A DNA stretch of 64,000 nt from Candidatus Nomurabacteria bacterium (GTDB lineage: Bacteria; Patescibacteriota; Minisyncoccia; Phycocordibacterales; UBA9973): the NCBI GenBank assembly GCA_023267215.1, contig JAHFNS010000002.1, forward strand, positions 256,892 to 320,891. The letters are read 5' to 3'. Both the position numbers and the translations under genes were made by a program. Below the pieces are notes generated by a model, which was not told the origin of the DNA, made no database searches, and saw only the letters and a list, made by a program, of their open reading frames with translations. Of this stretch, positions 9,985-19,025 are shown piece by piece (position 1 is the first letter of the stretch; each line of letters begins with the position of its first letter).

Positions 9985-10551
9985 ATGAAAAACTCACATC
10001 AAAAAAAAATAGAATCTTTCTACGGAAAAAATAAAAGAATGCCAACGTATTCTGAGATGATGGATCTTTTTGGTTTCAAATCTAAGAATGCTGTATTTAA
10101 AATTGTAAATAAATTGATCGAAGGTGGGCTCGTATCGAAAGATCATCTAGGGAGATTAGTGCCGACAGAATCATTCGGAGAAATCCCAATGCTTGGCTTC
10201 GTGACAGCTGGGCTTCCTGCATCTGTCGAAGAAGAAATGACAGACACAGTAAATCTAGATGACTTTTTGATTAAAAACAAACCACTGACTTATATGCTGG
10301 AAGTTGATGGGGACTCCATGATAGATGCACATATAGAAAAAGGGGATATGATTCTCGTCGAGAAGGCGAATACCGCCAGGGACATGCAGATAGTTATAGC
10401 GGAAGTAGATGGAGAGTTTACGATGAAATATTTTAGAAAGGTTGGGAACAAGTCTTGGCTCGAACCTGCTAATAAAAATTATAAACCCATTTACCCGACC
10501 CAAAGCTTGAATGTGGTAGCTATCCTCAAAGCTGTGGTTAGGAAATACTAA
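9985..10551 (+). CDS. lexA: LexA-like repressor (S24 peptidase)
   Basis: N-terminal HTH (MPTYSEM), Ala-Gly cleavage site (VTAG.P), GDSM, FTMK. Confidence 0.88.
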   Translation: MKNSHQKKIESFYGKNKRMPTYSEMMDLFGFKSKNAVFKIVNKLIEGGLVSKDHLGRLVPTESFGEIPMLGFVTAGLPASVEEEMTDTVNLDDFLIKNKPLTYMLEVDGDSMIDAHIEKGDMILVEKANTARDMQIVIAEVDGEFTMKYFRKVGNKSWLEPANKNYKPIYPTQSLNVVAILKAVVRKY

Positions 10552-10567
10552 TTAATTTATATAAATC

Positions 10568-10594
10568 AAAAAATCCCCTAGAAGGGGATTTTTT
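10568..10594. terminator. Bidirectional intrinsic terminator between lexA and hup
   Basis: aaaaaatcccct-aga-aggggatttttt. Confidence 0.85.
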
Positions 10595-10624
10595 GTGAGT
10601 CAATTCTTTTCGCGCGAAAAGAAT

Positions 10625-10897
10625 TTATGCAACTGCGTCTTTTAAAGCCTTTGCAGCTCTAAATTTTGGAACTTTCTTTGCAGCTACTTTGACTTGTTCT
10701 CCAGTTTTTGGATTACGAGCCATTCTTGCAGCACGTCCTTTTACTGAAAAGATTCCGAAACCAGCTATTGATACTTCGCCACCTTTTTTCATAGTGGAAA
10801 CGATCGCATCAAACAATCCATCAACGATTTCCTCAGCTTGTACTTTTGTACCACCAAGTTTACCGTGTACCAATTCAGCTAATGCTTGTTTATTCAT
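10625..10897 (-). CDS. hup: DNA-binding protein HU
   Basis: MNK..L, GFG.F, R.ARNPKTGE, PKF.A.K.LK. Confidence 0.96.
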   Translation of the reverse strand: MNKQALAELVHGKLGGTKVQAEEIVDGLFDAIVSTMKKGGEVSIAGFGIFSVKGRAARMARNPKTGEQVKVAAKKVPKFRAAKALKDAVA

Positions 10898-10996
10898 ATC
10901 TTTTTTAGGTTATTTTTATAATGCTTTCGACCATTTATCTATATAATTACTACCTATACATTATATATCAAGGGTTTTTTAAGGCAAGCTTGTAAT

Positions 10997-11112
10997 AGTC
11001 TTCGCAGAATATAACTTTTTAAGGGGTAAGGCCTCCGACGGCGAGCCAATTTCAGGATTTTTTAAGCTTCAAAAAATCTGTACCGACAAAAAGTTTATAT
11101 TCTGTGAAGACT
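10997..11112. repeat. MITE/REPIN-like element with about 24-bp terminal inverted repeats, abutting the rny stop codon
   Basis: agtcttcgcagaatataacttttt ... aaaaagtttatattctgtgaagact. Confidence 0.65.
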
Positions 11113-12641
11113 TATCTTGCGTATTCTATAATTCTTGTCTCTCTTATCATGGTTACTTTAATTTCTCCTGGATATTTTAATTCTTGTTCTATTTTTACAG
11201 CAATATCATGTGCCATTATCTTTGCTTCAGCATCTGAAACTTTTTCTGGGGTGACGAAGATACGAATTTCACGTCCAGCCTGTAGAGCGTATGATTTATC
11301 TACTCCTTCAAAGGTGTTTACCAAAGCTTCAAGTTCTTGTAATCGCTTTAAATAATTTTCTACTGAATCACGGCGTGCTCCTGGTCTACCTCCAGAGATA
11401 GCATCGGCTGTCTGAACGATCACTGCTTCTATTGTTTCGTAAGGATGATCTTCATGGTGAGATTTCATAGCAACAATAATGCGTTCATCTGCTCCAAATT
11501 TTTGCAAAATTCTAATTCCTATTTCTATGTGTGTACCTTGTACTTCGTGGTCGAGAGCTTTTCCTATATCGTGTACGAGCGCGCCTGCTTTTGCTATGGC
11601 GACATCTGCACCCAATTCTTCTGCTATCATTCCAGCGATATGAGCCATTTCAATTGAATGTTGGAGAACATTTTGTCCATAACTTGTACGGAAGTAAAGT
11701 CTCCCTAAAATGGCGATAATGCGTGGATCAAAATTAAATATCCCACATTCATATACGGCTTGTTCACCTTTTTCTTTAATAATTTTATTTATATCTTCTT
11801 TAGCTTTTTCTACTAGTTCTTCAATTTTGGCTGGTTGAATGCGTCCATCTAGAATTAAATTCTCAAGTGCAAGTCTAGCGACTTGGCGTCTGATAGGATC
11901 AAATGAGGAAATGATGATTGAACCTGGAGTGTCATCCACAATGAGTTCAACTCCAGCTGCTCGCTCAAAAGCCCTTATATTTCGGCCTTCTTTTCCGATA
12001 ACTTTACCTTTTATTTCATTATTTGGAATACTGACTATCGTCGTCATGAGTTCTGATGCGGTACTAGAAGCGAGGCGTTGAATAGAAGTTGCTAATATTT
12101 CTTTTGCTCTTCTGTCCAATTTTTCTTCATTATTGTTTTCAAGTTTTTGAATTCTAATTAAAAGATCTTCTTCGTATTTTTTCTCAATATCTCGCATTAA
12201 TTCTTCCTTGGCCTCTTCTGTGGTGAGCTTAGATACTCTTTCGAGTTCAACTCTTTTTTCTGTTTCTATCCCCAAAACCCTTTCTTGGATTTTTTTAATT
12301 TCTTCAACTTTAGCTTTAATATTTTCTGTTTCTTTATTTATTTCAACTTGTCGAGCGTCTAAAAACTCATCTTTTTTGATAAGTCTTTTTTCTGTCTCTT
12401 TAAAATCTTGTTCGTGTTTTTTATCCTCCTCCTTTAACTCTTTTAAGGTCTTTTCGACTTTTTCTTTTGCCTCATCGGTGATCTTTTGTGCTTCTTCTTT
12501 TGCACCGACCATCATTTGTTTGATGTCTATCTCTATAGATTTTCTCTTTCCTAATGCGACGATAACTCGGAGATAATATCCGATACCAATTCCCAAAAGG
12601 AGTACGGAGACTCCAATCAAGATTACTATTAATGTACTCAT
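11112..12641 (-). CDS. rny: Ribonuclease Y
   Basis: N-terminal TM, coiled coil, KH (KGKVIGKEGRNIR), HD (HDIGK), GRPGAR. Confidence 0.97.
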   Translation of the reverse strand: MSTLIVILIGVSVLLLGIGIGYYLRVIVALGKRKSIEIDIKQMMVGAKEEAQKITDEAKEKVEKTLKELKEEDKKHEQDFKETEKRLIKKDEFLDARQVEINKETENIKAKVEEIKKIQERVLGIETEKRVELERVSKLTTEEAKEELMRDIEKKYEEDLLIRIQKLENNNEEKLDRRAKEILATSIQRLASSTASELMTTIVSIPNNEIKGKVIGKEGRNIRAFERAAGVELIVDDTPGSIIISSFDPIRRQVARLALENLILDGRIQPAKIEELVEKAKEDINKIIKEKGEQAVYECGIFNFDPRIIAILGRLYFRTSYGQNVLQHSIEMAHIAGMIAEELGADVAIAKAGALVHDIGKALDHEVQGTHIEIGIRILQKFGADERIIVAMKSHHEDHPYETIEAVIVQTADAISGGRPGARRDSVENYLKRLQELEALVNTFEGVDKSYALQAGREIRIFVTPEKVSDAEAKIMAHDIAVKIEQELKYPGEIKVTMIRETRIIEYAR

Positions 12642-12834
12642 AAGCCTTTAAGTCGGCTTATAAAAACAAACCACTATATTCGTGAGCTTTTTTCTTCAAG
12701 AAAGATATTATAATTTTTCTTTAATAACAACATAAAATATATGGGATATTCCTATAAACCAATCGAAAATAAATTTTTAAAATCTGACTTATTAAATATA
12801 ACAAATTGAAAGTGTTTTGTCCACTTTCAAAAGT

Positions 12835-13437
12835 CTAAGTTTTAATAGCAACAGAGGCTTTGGATTTCGTGACTATTTCGTCGATAATGCCATATTTTTT
12901 GGCTTCTTCTGCATCCATAAAGAAATCTCTTTCCACATCCTTTTCTATCTGTGCGAATAGCTTGCCTGTATTTTTAGCTAGAATTTTATTTAAATTGTCT
13001 CTTGTTTTTAGAATATGTTTTGCTGTGATGGCTATGTCTGTGGCTTGACCTTCTACTCCACCCAATGGTTGATGGATCATTATTTCAGCATTTGGCAAAA
13101 TGAATCTTTTACCTTTTTTACCAGCAGATAAGATAATGGCTGCGCCAGATGCTGCTATGCCGACACAAAAAGTGGAAATGTCTGGACGGACATGGTTCAT
13201 AGTGTCTACTATGGCGAGAGTGGAAGTGACAGAACCGCCAGGGGAATTTATGTAAAGCGAAATATCTTTCTTTGAATCTTCGGATTCTAGGAATAAAAGC
13301 TGTGCGATGACGATGTTTGCCACGTTGTCATCGATAGGTCCGGCTAAGAATACTATTCTTTCTCTTAAAAGACGGGAATATATATCATAAGCTCTTTCGC
13401 CGAACTGACTTTTTTCTATAACGGTTGGGATTAACAT
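12835..13437 (-). CDS. clpP: ATP-dependent Clp protease proteolytic subunit
   Basis: DIYSRLL.ERI, YINSPGG, GIAAS, MIHQP. Confidence 0.97.
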   Translation of the reverse strand: MLIPTVIEKSQFGERAYDIYSRLLRERIVFLAGPIDDNVANIVIAQLLFLESEDSKKDISLYINSPGGSVTSTLAIVDTMNHVRPDISTFCVGIAASGAAIILSAGKKGKRFILPNAEIMIHQPLGGVEGQATDIAITAKHILKTRDNLNKILAKNTGKLFAQIEKDVERDFFMDAEEAKKYGIIDEIVTKSKASVAIKT

Positions 13438-13470
13438 GATTGTATTATATGTTAAATTTATAATTTTTTC

Positions 13471-13545
13471 AAACCCCCTAAATCCCCCTTGTCAGGGGGC
13501 ATACCTCACCCCCTGACCCCCTCTCCTTATTAAGGAGAGGGGGAA
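13471..13545. repeat. Composite REP cluster (ccccttgtcagggg plus family A)
   Basis: Near-identical direct copy at 14893-14946; related copy at 61690-61786. Confidence 0.85.
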
Positions 13546-13570
13546 TATGATATGATGAATTGTAAGATTT

Positions 13571-13789
13571 ATGAAAAATTTGAGCATTGTTCACAAAATA
13601 ATAGGAATAAGTTTCATAGTGGTGGGGTTAATCTCTTATGTCTTTCCAGTTCCGGGGAGTACTGTCCTCGTTGTATTGGGTTTTGTCTGGTTAATAGGCA
13701 AAGATAGGTCTTTGTATTTCTTGAAAGAAATTTTAGGTAAGAAAATATTCAAATTATTAAAAATAAAAAAGGTAGTAAAAGAAATATAA
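13571..13789 (+). CDS. Small membrane protein
   Basis: 72 aa with a hydrophobic hairpin containing P.PG. Confidence 0.65.
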   Translation: MKNLSIVHKIIGISFIVVGLISYVFPVPGSTVLVVLGFVWLIGKDRSLYFLKEILGKKIFKLLKIKKVVKEI

Positions 13790-13792
13790 AAT

Positions 13793-14173
13793 ATGTTTTT
13801 AAATATTATTTTAAATTTTTTTATTGGTTTGATTGTCGGTCTTGTTTTGGAATATATCTATAGATCTCACGAAAACAAAAGATTAGTAAAACCAAAATTA
13901 ATAGATGCACAAATGTATGCCCTGATAGGAGCATTTTTAGCTCTTCTTAGTTTTTTTGAAATGCCATTAGTCTATAAAGTAGTACTGATTTTTATAGTTC
14001 CGACATTAGTGGAATTTTTGACTGGTTATTTAGATTTGAAAATAAAGAAAGTCAGGTTGTGGAATTATTCTAAAGAGAAATTTAACTTTATGGGCTTGAT
14101 TTGCCTACGTTTTTCCTTATATTGGTTTCTGATTTCCTTAATTTACTACTACTATTTGATGCCTAGGTTTTGA
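13793..14173 (+). CDS. Membrane protein, CmpB/DUF1113-like putative ABC permease
   Basis: Four TM segments; LE..YR, EFLTG, LWNYS...FN..G.ICL.FS..W. Confidence 0.7.
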   Translation: MFLNIILNFFIGLIVGLVLEYIYRSHENKRLVKPKLIDAQMYALIGAFLALLSFFEMPLVYKVVLIFIVPTLVEFLTGYLDLKIKKVRLWNYSKEKFNFMGLICLRFSLYWFLISLIYYYYLMPRF

Positions 14174-14841
14174 TCATCTTCCCGAGGGTTATCCTCGGGA
14201 AATTCACTAAAATCATCCACAATAGTGCTGTAATCAATAATGTTTGTTTCCTCAACCGGGAATAGTTTAGGATTTATGATTTTATAATCTGAAGAGAGAT
14301 ATTCTTGCAAGCTCGAATATGGATATTCAGAAATAAATTTTTTAAGTTGGTTTAAAAAACTTTTTGATTGAGTTTTCCAATTTGAATTTTTTAGTTTTGC
14401 TGGATTTAAATGGATATATGCATAAATATACCTTAAATATATATCATCATCTATATATTCTGATTTAAAAGTTCCTTGGAAAAGAGCACCTACTCTATCA
14501 TTTTTTTTATTAAAATACATAGAATAGCCAGTTTGAAGTTTAAGCATAAATTTTGAAACTCCTCCATCCACAAGGGGAGTAAGTAATAAATGAAAATGAT
14601 TTGGCATTAAACAATATGCTCCAATGGCCACGAGTTGTTCCCCTCGGTCCTGTTTGAAAATTTCTTCTATTGAGATAGAACCAAAATCTTTTATATGTAG
14701 AGGTTGGTCGTTGTTTGCGATATAAAGTAATATTAAAAATCTTTTATATTCAGAAGAATTTTGAAATATTTTTCGTTTCTCTACGCCACGATTGTAAATA
14801 TGGTAGAATTCTTCTACCTCAAGTTTTGTTTTTCGTTCCAT
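14152..14841 (-). mobile_element. REP-associated tyrosine transposase (RAYT, Y1/HUH family)
   Basis: YHIYNRG, AYCLMPNHFHLL (HUH), FQG.F, YIHLNP, YSS; flanked by palindromes; leaderless ATG at 14841. Confidence 0.9.
14179..14203. repeat. REP palindrome ttcccgagg-gttat-cctcggg, inside the RAYT 3' end
   Basis: Identical core at 14862-14884 on the other side of the RAYT gene. Confidence 0.85.
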
Positions 14842-14861
14842 ATAATAATTATAGCACAAAA

Positions 14862-14978
14862 TTTCCCGAGGGTTATCCTCGGGGAGTTTAATTGTCAGGG
14901 GGGGGATACCTCACCCCTAACCCCTCTCCTTAATAAGGAGAGGGGGAAAGTTTCTCTACTGAGAAACTGGGGTGAGGT
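14862..14978. repeat. REP cluster upstream of RAYT (cccgagg palindrome plus nested family A element)
   Basis: ttcccgagggttatcctcggg; acctcacccc...ccctctcctt-aataaggagaggg...ggggtgaggt. Confidence 0.85.
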
Positions 14979-14981
14979 GGA

Positions 14982-16091
14982 TTAATTTTGATTTTCTAGA
15001 AATTGGAAAACAGCTTCATTTGTAAGCACATTTTCGGCATGCATTTGAGCTCTTTCAAGGTCTGCATCTTTATAATGTTCGAGTATAGCTGCAACTTCTT
15101 TGGCTACTTGTTCAGGATCTGCTGCTATTTTTTCATCTGCAGCTATTTTGTTTAAGACTAGCGCGAACTTGGCTTTTTTTTCTGCATCATTTCTAAATTC
15201 TTTTCTCAAATCTTCCACAGTTTTACTCAAATGTTTTAGATAATCTTCAAATTTTAAACCCATCTGAGTGATGTCGGATTCCATACGATATAAAATTTTA
15301 TCGAGTTCTACTTCAATTAAAATTTCTGGGAGCTCAACTTTCAAATCATCGATTATTTTTTCAACGATTTTCAATCTAGTTTTTTCTTTTAGTTGGTTTC
15401 CTTTTTCTAATTTTATATTTTCTTTTAGTTTTGTCTTGAAATCCTCTACGTTTTTGAAGGGCCCTAGAGCTTGGACGAATTCATCATTAAACTCTGGTAA
15501 TTCGGCTTCTTTTGGTTCTTCGTGCTTGTGTTCCTCACCTTCTTTATGTACGTGTTCAGCCTCGTCTCCACCCTTCGCTAAAGCTTCGGAGGACGTAGCT
15601 GCCATGTGAATTTTTGGAGCGCGGGATTTTCTAATGTCCATGATTGTGTCTTCAACTTCTTTTTCTGTCACTTCAGTATTTTTTTCTTTATCTGTTATTC
15701 CAGAAATTATTTTTTTAGCAATATTTTTATAATCCGGCAATGTCATTTCTGGAAGGGTGGCGGTTTTTATTTTAAATCCTAACGGATTCTTGCGGGCAAG
15801 TTTGGTGATAGAAATTTCTGGGCGACTGATTGCGTCAATTTTATTTTCTTCTAAAATCTTTGGATAATGTTCGGAAAGAGCCATTTCTGCCATCTCTCCT
15901 AATATTTGTGCTTCTGGAATTTTAGAAAGTAAAACACTCTCAGGGACTTTTCCCTTACGAAAACCATCTATTTCTAAATTCTCACCGATTCGTTTTAAAG
16001 CCTTGTTAAAATAGGTCTCAAAAACCTCTGCGTCAATTTCTCCTTCAATCTCCACCTCACTTTTTGGTAATTTGTTGATTTTTATTTGCAT
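14982..16091 (-). CDS. tig: Trigger factor, short form apparently lacking the FKBP PPIase domain
   Basis: GFRKGKVP ribosome-binding loop; LPE.NDEF follows soon after the N-domain; 369 aa. Confidence 0.9.
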   Translation of the reverse strand: MQIKINKLPKSEVEIEGEIDAEVFETYFNKALKRIGENLEIDGFRKGKVPESVLLSKIPEAQILGEMAEMALSEHYPKILEENKIDAISRPEISITKLARKNPLGFKIKTATLPEMTLPDYKNIAKKIISGITDKEKNTEVTEKEVEDTIMDIRKSRAPKIHMAATSSEALAKGGDEAEHVHKEGEEHKHEEPKEAELPEFNDEFVQALGPFKNVEDFKTKLKENIKLEKGNQLKEKTRLKIVEKIIDDLKVELPEILIEVELDKILYRMESDITQMGLKFEDYLKHLSKTVEDLRKEFRNDAEKKAKFALVLNKIAADEKIAADPEQVAKEVAAILEHYKDADLERAQMHAENVLTNEAVFQFLENQN

Positions 16092-16129
16092 TTCTCTACT
16101 TTATACTAAAAGCCAATTTTTTTCAAATT

Positions 16130-16162
16130 AAAAACATCTACGCGACTAGCGTAGATGTTTTT
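16130..16162. terminator. Intrinsic terminator
   Basis: aaaaacatctacgc-gacta-gcgtagatgttttt; same stem as 62387-62426. Confidence 0.8.
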
Positions 16163-16174
16163 GGGAGATAATTT

Positions 16175-16486
16175 TTAAGCTGCTTCTTTCTTTTCTAATT
16201 CTTTTCTAATTTTTATTGTTTCCAGTAATACTATCAGTCTATCTAAATCATAATAAGAATATGGAGTTTTTTCACCTGAGGGTTTATCTTGAGGAGAGAT
16301 ATCTTCTTCTATAAGTAATTTCCATACTTCATTTTTTTTATCAAATTCGTTTTGACAGCTTCTGTCTAGAAAGTCTTTGATTTTGTCTTCATTTGCCCCC
16401 GTATTATCTTTTAAGAACTTAGCAAGCCCTGATTCAGAATACGAATTTTTTAGTTTAGATTCCTGATTGAAATTTTCTTTAAACAT
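16175..16486 (-). CDS. Hypothetical protein
   Basis: 103-aa charged ORF with a downstream terminator. Confidence 0.6.
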   Translation of the reverse strand: MFKENFNQESKLKNSYSESGLAKFLKDNTGANEDKIKDFLDRSCQNEFDKKNEVWKLLIEEDISPQDKPSGEKTPYSYYDLDRLIVLLETIKIRKELEKKEAA

Positions 16487-16545
16487 AAGTTTATACTACA
16501 TTTATTTTTTTAATAAAGCAAAATGAGCATCGGAAGTTTTATTTT

Positions 16546-16710
16546 TTATTTAGCTATTTGGTTTACAGCAGCTGCGCTTTGGTTGGCTTTCTGATTATTT
16601 TTTATTTCTTGTATTTTGGAATAAAAAATATAGATTCCGCCGATTATAAGAATAATAACAATAACTATCGAACCAAAGAGCGCTCCATCTGATTTTTTTT
16701 CTGTTTCCAT
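16546..16710 (-). CDS. Small single-TM protein (54 aa, not in the ORF track)
   Basis: Manual translation METEKKSDGALFGSIVIVIILIIGGIYIFYSKIQEIKNNQKANQSAAAVNQIAK; TGaTATAAT upstream. Confidence 0.7.
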   Translation of the reverse strand: METEKKSDGALFGSIVIVIILIIGGIYIFYSKIQEIKNNQKANQSAAAVNQIAK

Positions 16711-16791
16711 GGTTTTAATTAGTTATCTTATAATAAATTAATTATATCACCTTATACGGTTAAAAGGTATTTTTGGTGCTATTTTATTCCT

Positions 16792-16872
16792 TTGACTTTA
16801 AATAAGCGTTCGGGTATAGTTATTTTGAGTCATTTGGATTATAGAAAGTCGAAGATCTATAGTCTTTTTTTA
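16792..16872 (+). promoter_or_regulatory. hppA promoter followed by a leader hairpin and U-tract
   Basis: TTGACT-17 nt-TATAGT; gattataga-N10-tctatagtc-tttttttt. Confidence 0.55.
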
Positions 16873-16926
16873 TTAGCCTGCCCTGAGTTTTATCGAAGGG
16901 TTTATTATTAATCATTTTATAATTTT

Positions 16927-18957
16927 ATGTTATTAACTTCTTTTGTTATATCAATCTTTGCATTACTTTTCGCTGGTTATCTAGTTTTTTGGATAAAAAA
17001 ACAAGATATGGGCACAGCAAAAATGCAAGAAATTTATGAAGCCATCAAAAAAGGTGCAAATGCATTTTTGAAAAGACAATACAAAACGATAGGCATAATG
17101 GCCGTCGTCTTAGCACTCGTACTCTATGGAGCCTATGCTTTGAATGGTAAACCTGAGGCAGGTCTCCAAGTCGGAATCGCATTCCTACTCGGTGCATTTC
17201 TTTCTGGTTTGTCTGGACTCGTCGGTATGTGGATTTCTGTTCGGTCAAATATCAGAACAGCTTCTGCTGCTCAGACAAGTTTGAGTAAAGCTCTCACCAT
17301 AGCGCTTCGCGCTGGGGCAGTATCTGGTATCACCATCGTTGCTATGAGCTTGGTGGGTATTACTGGACTCTACTATATATATGGTGCACTAGGATATACA
17401 GCTGCAGAAATACCAGCATTGCTCGTCGGTTTCGGATTCGGAGCTAGTCTCGTCGCCTTGTTTGCTCAATTGGGTGGAGGGATCTACACAAAGGCAGCAG
17501 ATGTCGGAGCAGACCTCGTCGGTAAAGTTGAAGCAGGAATTCCAGAAGATGATGCTAGAAATCCAGCAGTCGTCGCAGACTTAGTCGGAGACAATGTCGG
17601 AGATTGTGCAGGACGTGGAGCAGATCTTTTCGAATCAACAGCAGCAGAAAATATCGGAGCTATGATATTGGGTGTTGCTCTTTTCCCTCACTTTGGAATC
17701 AACGGTATTATTTTCCCATTAGTTATTCGTGGCTTCGGATTACTCGCAGCGATGATAGGTGTCATGTCTGCAAAAGCAAAAGAAGATGAAGAGCCATTAA
17801 AGGCTTTAAATAGAGGATATTTTGTCACTTGTGCTTTAGCTACAGTCGCTTTCTACTTTATAACTATGGACATGCTTGGTAATGTACTATTCTTTTTCGC
17901 AGGCTTGGTTGGAATAGTCGCAAGTATCGCTTTCGTATTTATCACTCAATACTATACAGAACATAAATACAGACCAGTTCAGGAAATTGCAAATGCATCA
18001 AAGACCGGTCATGCTACAAACATAATCGCAGGACTTTCTGTCGGTTTTGAATGTACTGCTGCCACAGTCGTCACTATTTCATTTGCTTTACTTGCTTCCT
18101 TTGAATTAGGAAAGATGTCTGGTTTTGAATCAGGTGGACTTTATGGAACAGCTGTCGCTACTATGGGAATGCTCGCAACAGCCGCTTACGTTTTGGCTAT
18201 GGATACATTCGGACCAATTACAGATAACGCTGGAGGAATAGTTGAGATGTCTGGTGCTTCAGAAGAAGTCAGAAAGAGAACAGACCAACTCGACTCAGCA
18301 GGAAATACTACAAAGGCTTTGACGAAAGGATATGCCATGGGTAGTGCTGCTCTCGCTGCATTCTTGCTTTTCTCTGCATACTTACAAGAAGCCAAAATAA
18401 CAATTGTTGACTTGGCAAAAGTGGAGGTTTTCGTTGCAGCTTTGATCGGAGCAATGTTGGTTTTCTTTTTCTCAGGACTCACGATGCGAGCTGTCGGAAA
18501 GGCAGCTGGTAAAATTGTTGAAGAAGTTCGAAGACAATTTAAAGCTGATCCAGGACTTATGGCAGGAACAAGTAAGCCAGATTATGCAGCTTGTGTTGAT
18601 ATCACCACAAAGGCAGCTTTAAGAGAAATGATCGCCCCAGGATTACTAGCAGTACTCGTACCTATCTTGGTCGGAGTATTTATGAAAGCAGAGGCAGAAG
18701 CAGGACTCATCATGGTGGGAACTATTGCTGGTATTCTTCTAGCTACATTTATGAACAACGCTGGTGGCGCTTGGGATAATGCTAAGAAATATATTGAAAT
18801 GGGTAATCTAGGTGGTAAAGGTAGCGATGCTCACAAGGCAGCTGTCACAGGAGACACAGTCGGTGATCCATTTAAAGATACAGCAGGTCCATCACTACAC
18901 GTGTTGGTAAAATTACTTGGTACATTGTCGCTAGCATTAGTGGCTTTGTTTATGTAA
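16927..18957 (+). CDS. hppA: Membrane-bound ion-translocating pyrophosphatase, probably a K+-independent H+-PPase
   Basis: GGGIYTKAADVGADLVGKVE, DNVGD, GNTTKA (Lys at the K+-dependence position), GDTVGDPFKD. Confidence 0.95.
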   Translation: MLLTSFVISIFALLFAGYLVFWIKKQDMGTAKMQEIYEAIKKGANAFLKRQYKTIGIMAVVLALVLYGAYALNGKPEAGLQVGIAFLLGAFLSGLSGLVGMWISVRSNIRTASAAQTSLSKALTIALRAGAVSGITIVAMSLVGITGLYYIYGALGYTAAEIPALLVGFGFGASLVALFAQLGGGIYTKAADVGADLVGKVEAGIPEDDARNPAVVADLVGDNVGDCAGRGADLFESTAAENIGAMILGVALFPHFGINGIIFPLVIRGFGLLAAMIGVMSAKAKEDEEPLKALNRGYFVTCALATVAFYFITMDMLGNVLFFFAGLVGIVASIAFVFITQYYTEHKYRPVQEIANASKTGHATNIIAGLSVGFECTAATVVTISFALLASFELGKMSGFESGGLYGTAVATMGMLATAAYVLAMDTFGPITDNAGGIVEMSGASEEVRKRTDQLDSAGNTTKALTKGYAMGSAALAAFLLFSAYLQEAKITIVDLAKVEVFVAALIGAMLVFFFSGLTMRAVGKAAGKIVEEVRRQFKADPGLMAGTSKPDYAACVDITTKAALREMIAPGLLAVLVPILVGVFMKAEAEAGLIMVGTIAGILLATFMNNAGGAWDNAKKYIEMGNLGGKGSDAHKAAVTGDTVGDPFKDTAGPSLHVLVKLLGTLSLALVALFM

Positions 18958-18980
18958 AAAATTAAATATAAATAAGCAAA

Positions 18981-19013
18981 TTAAAAAATCCCCGAAATTC
19001 GGGGATTTTTTAA
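18981..19013. terminator. Bidirectional terminator between hppA and nusA
   Basis: ttaaaaaatccccga-aat-tcggggattttttaa. Confidence 0.88.
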
Positions 19014-19025
19014 TTAAATATTTTT

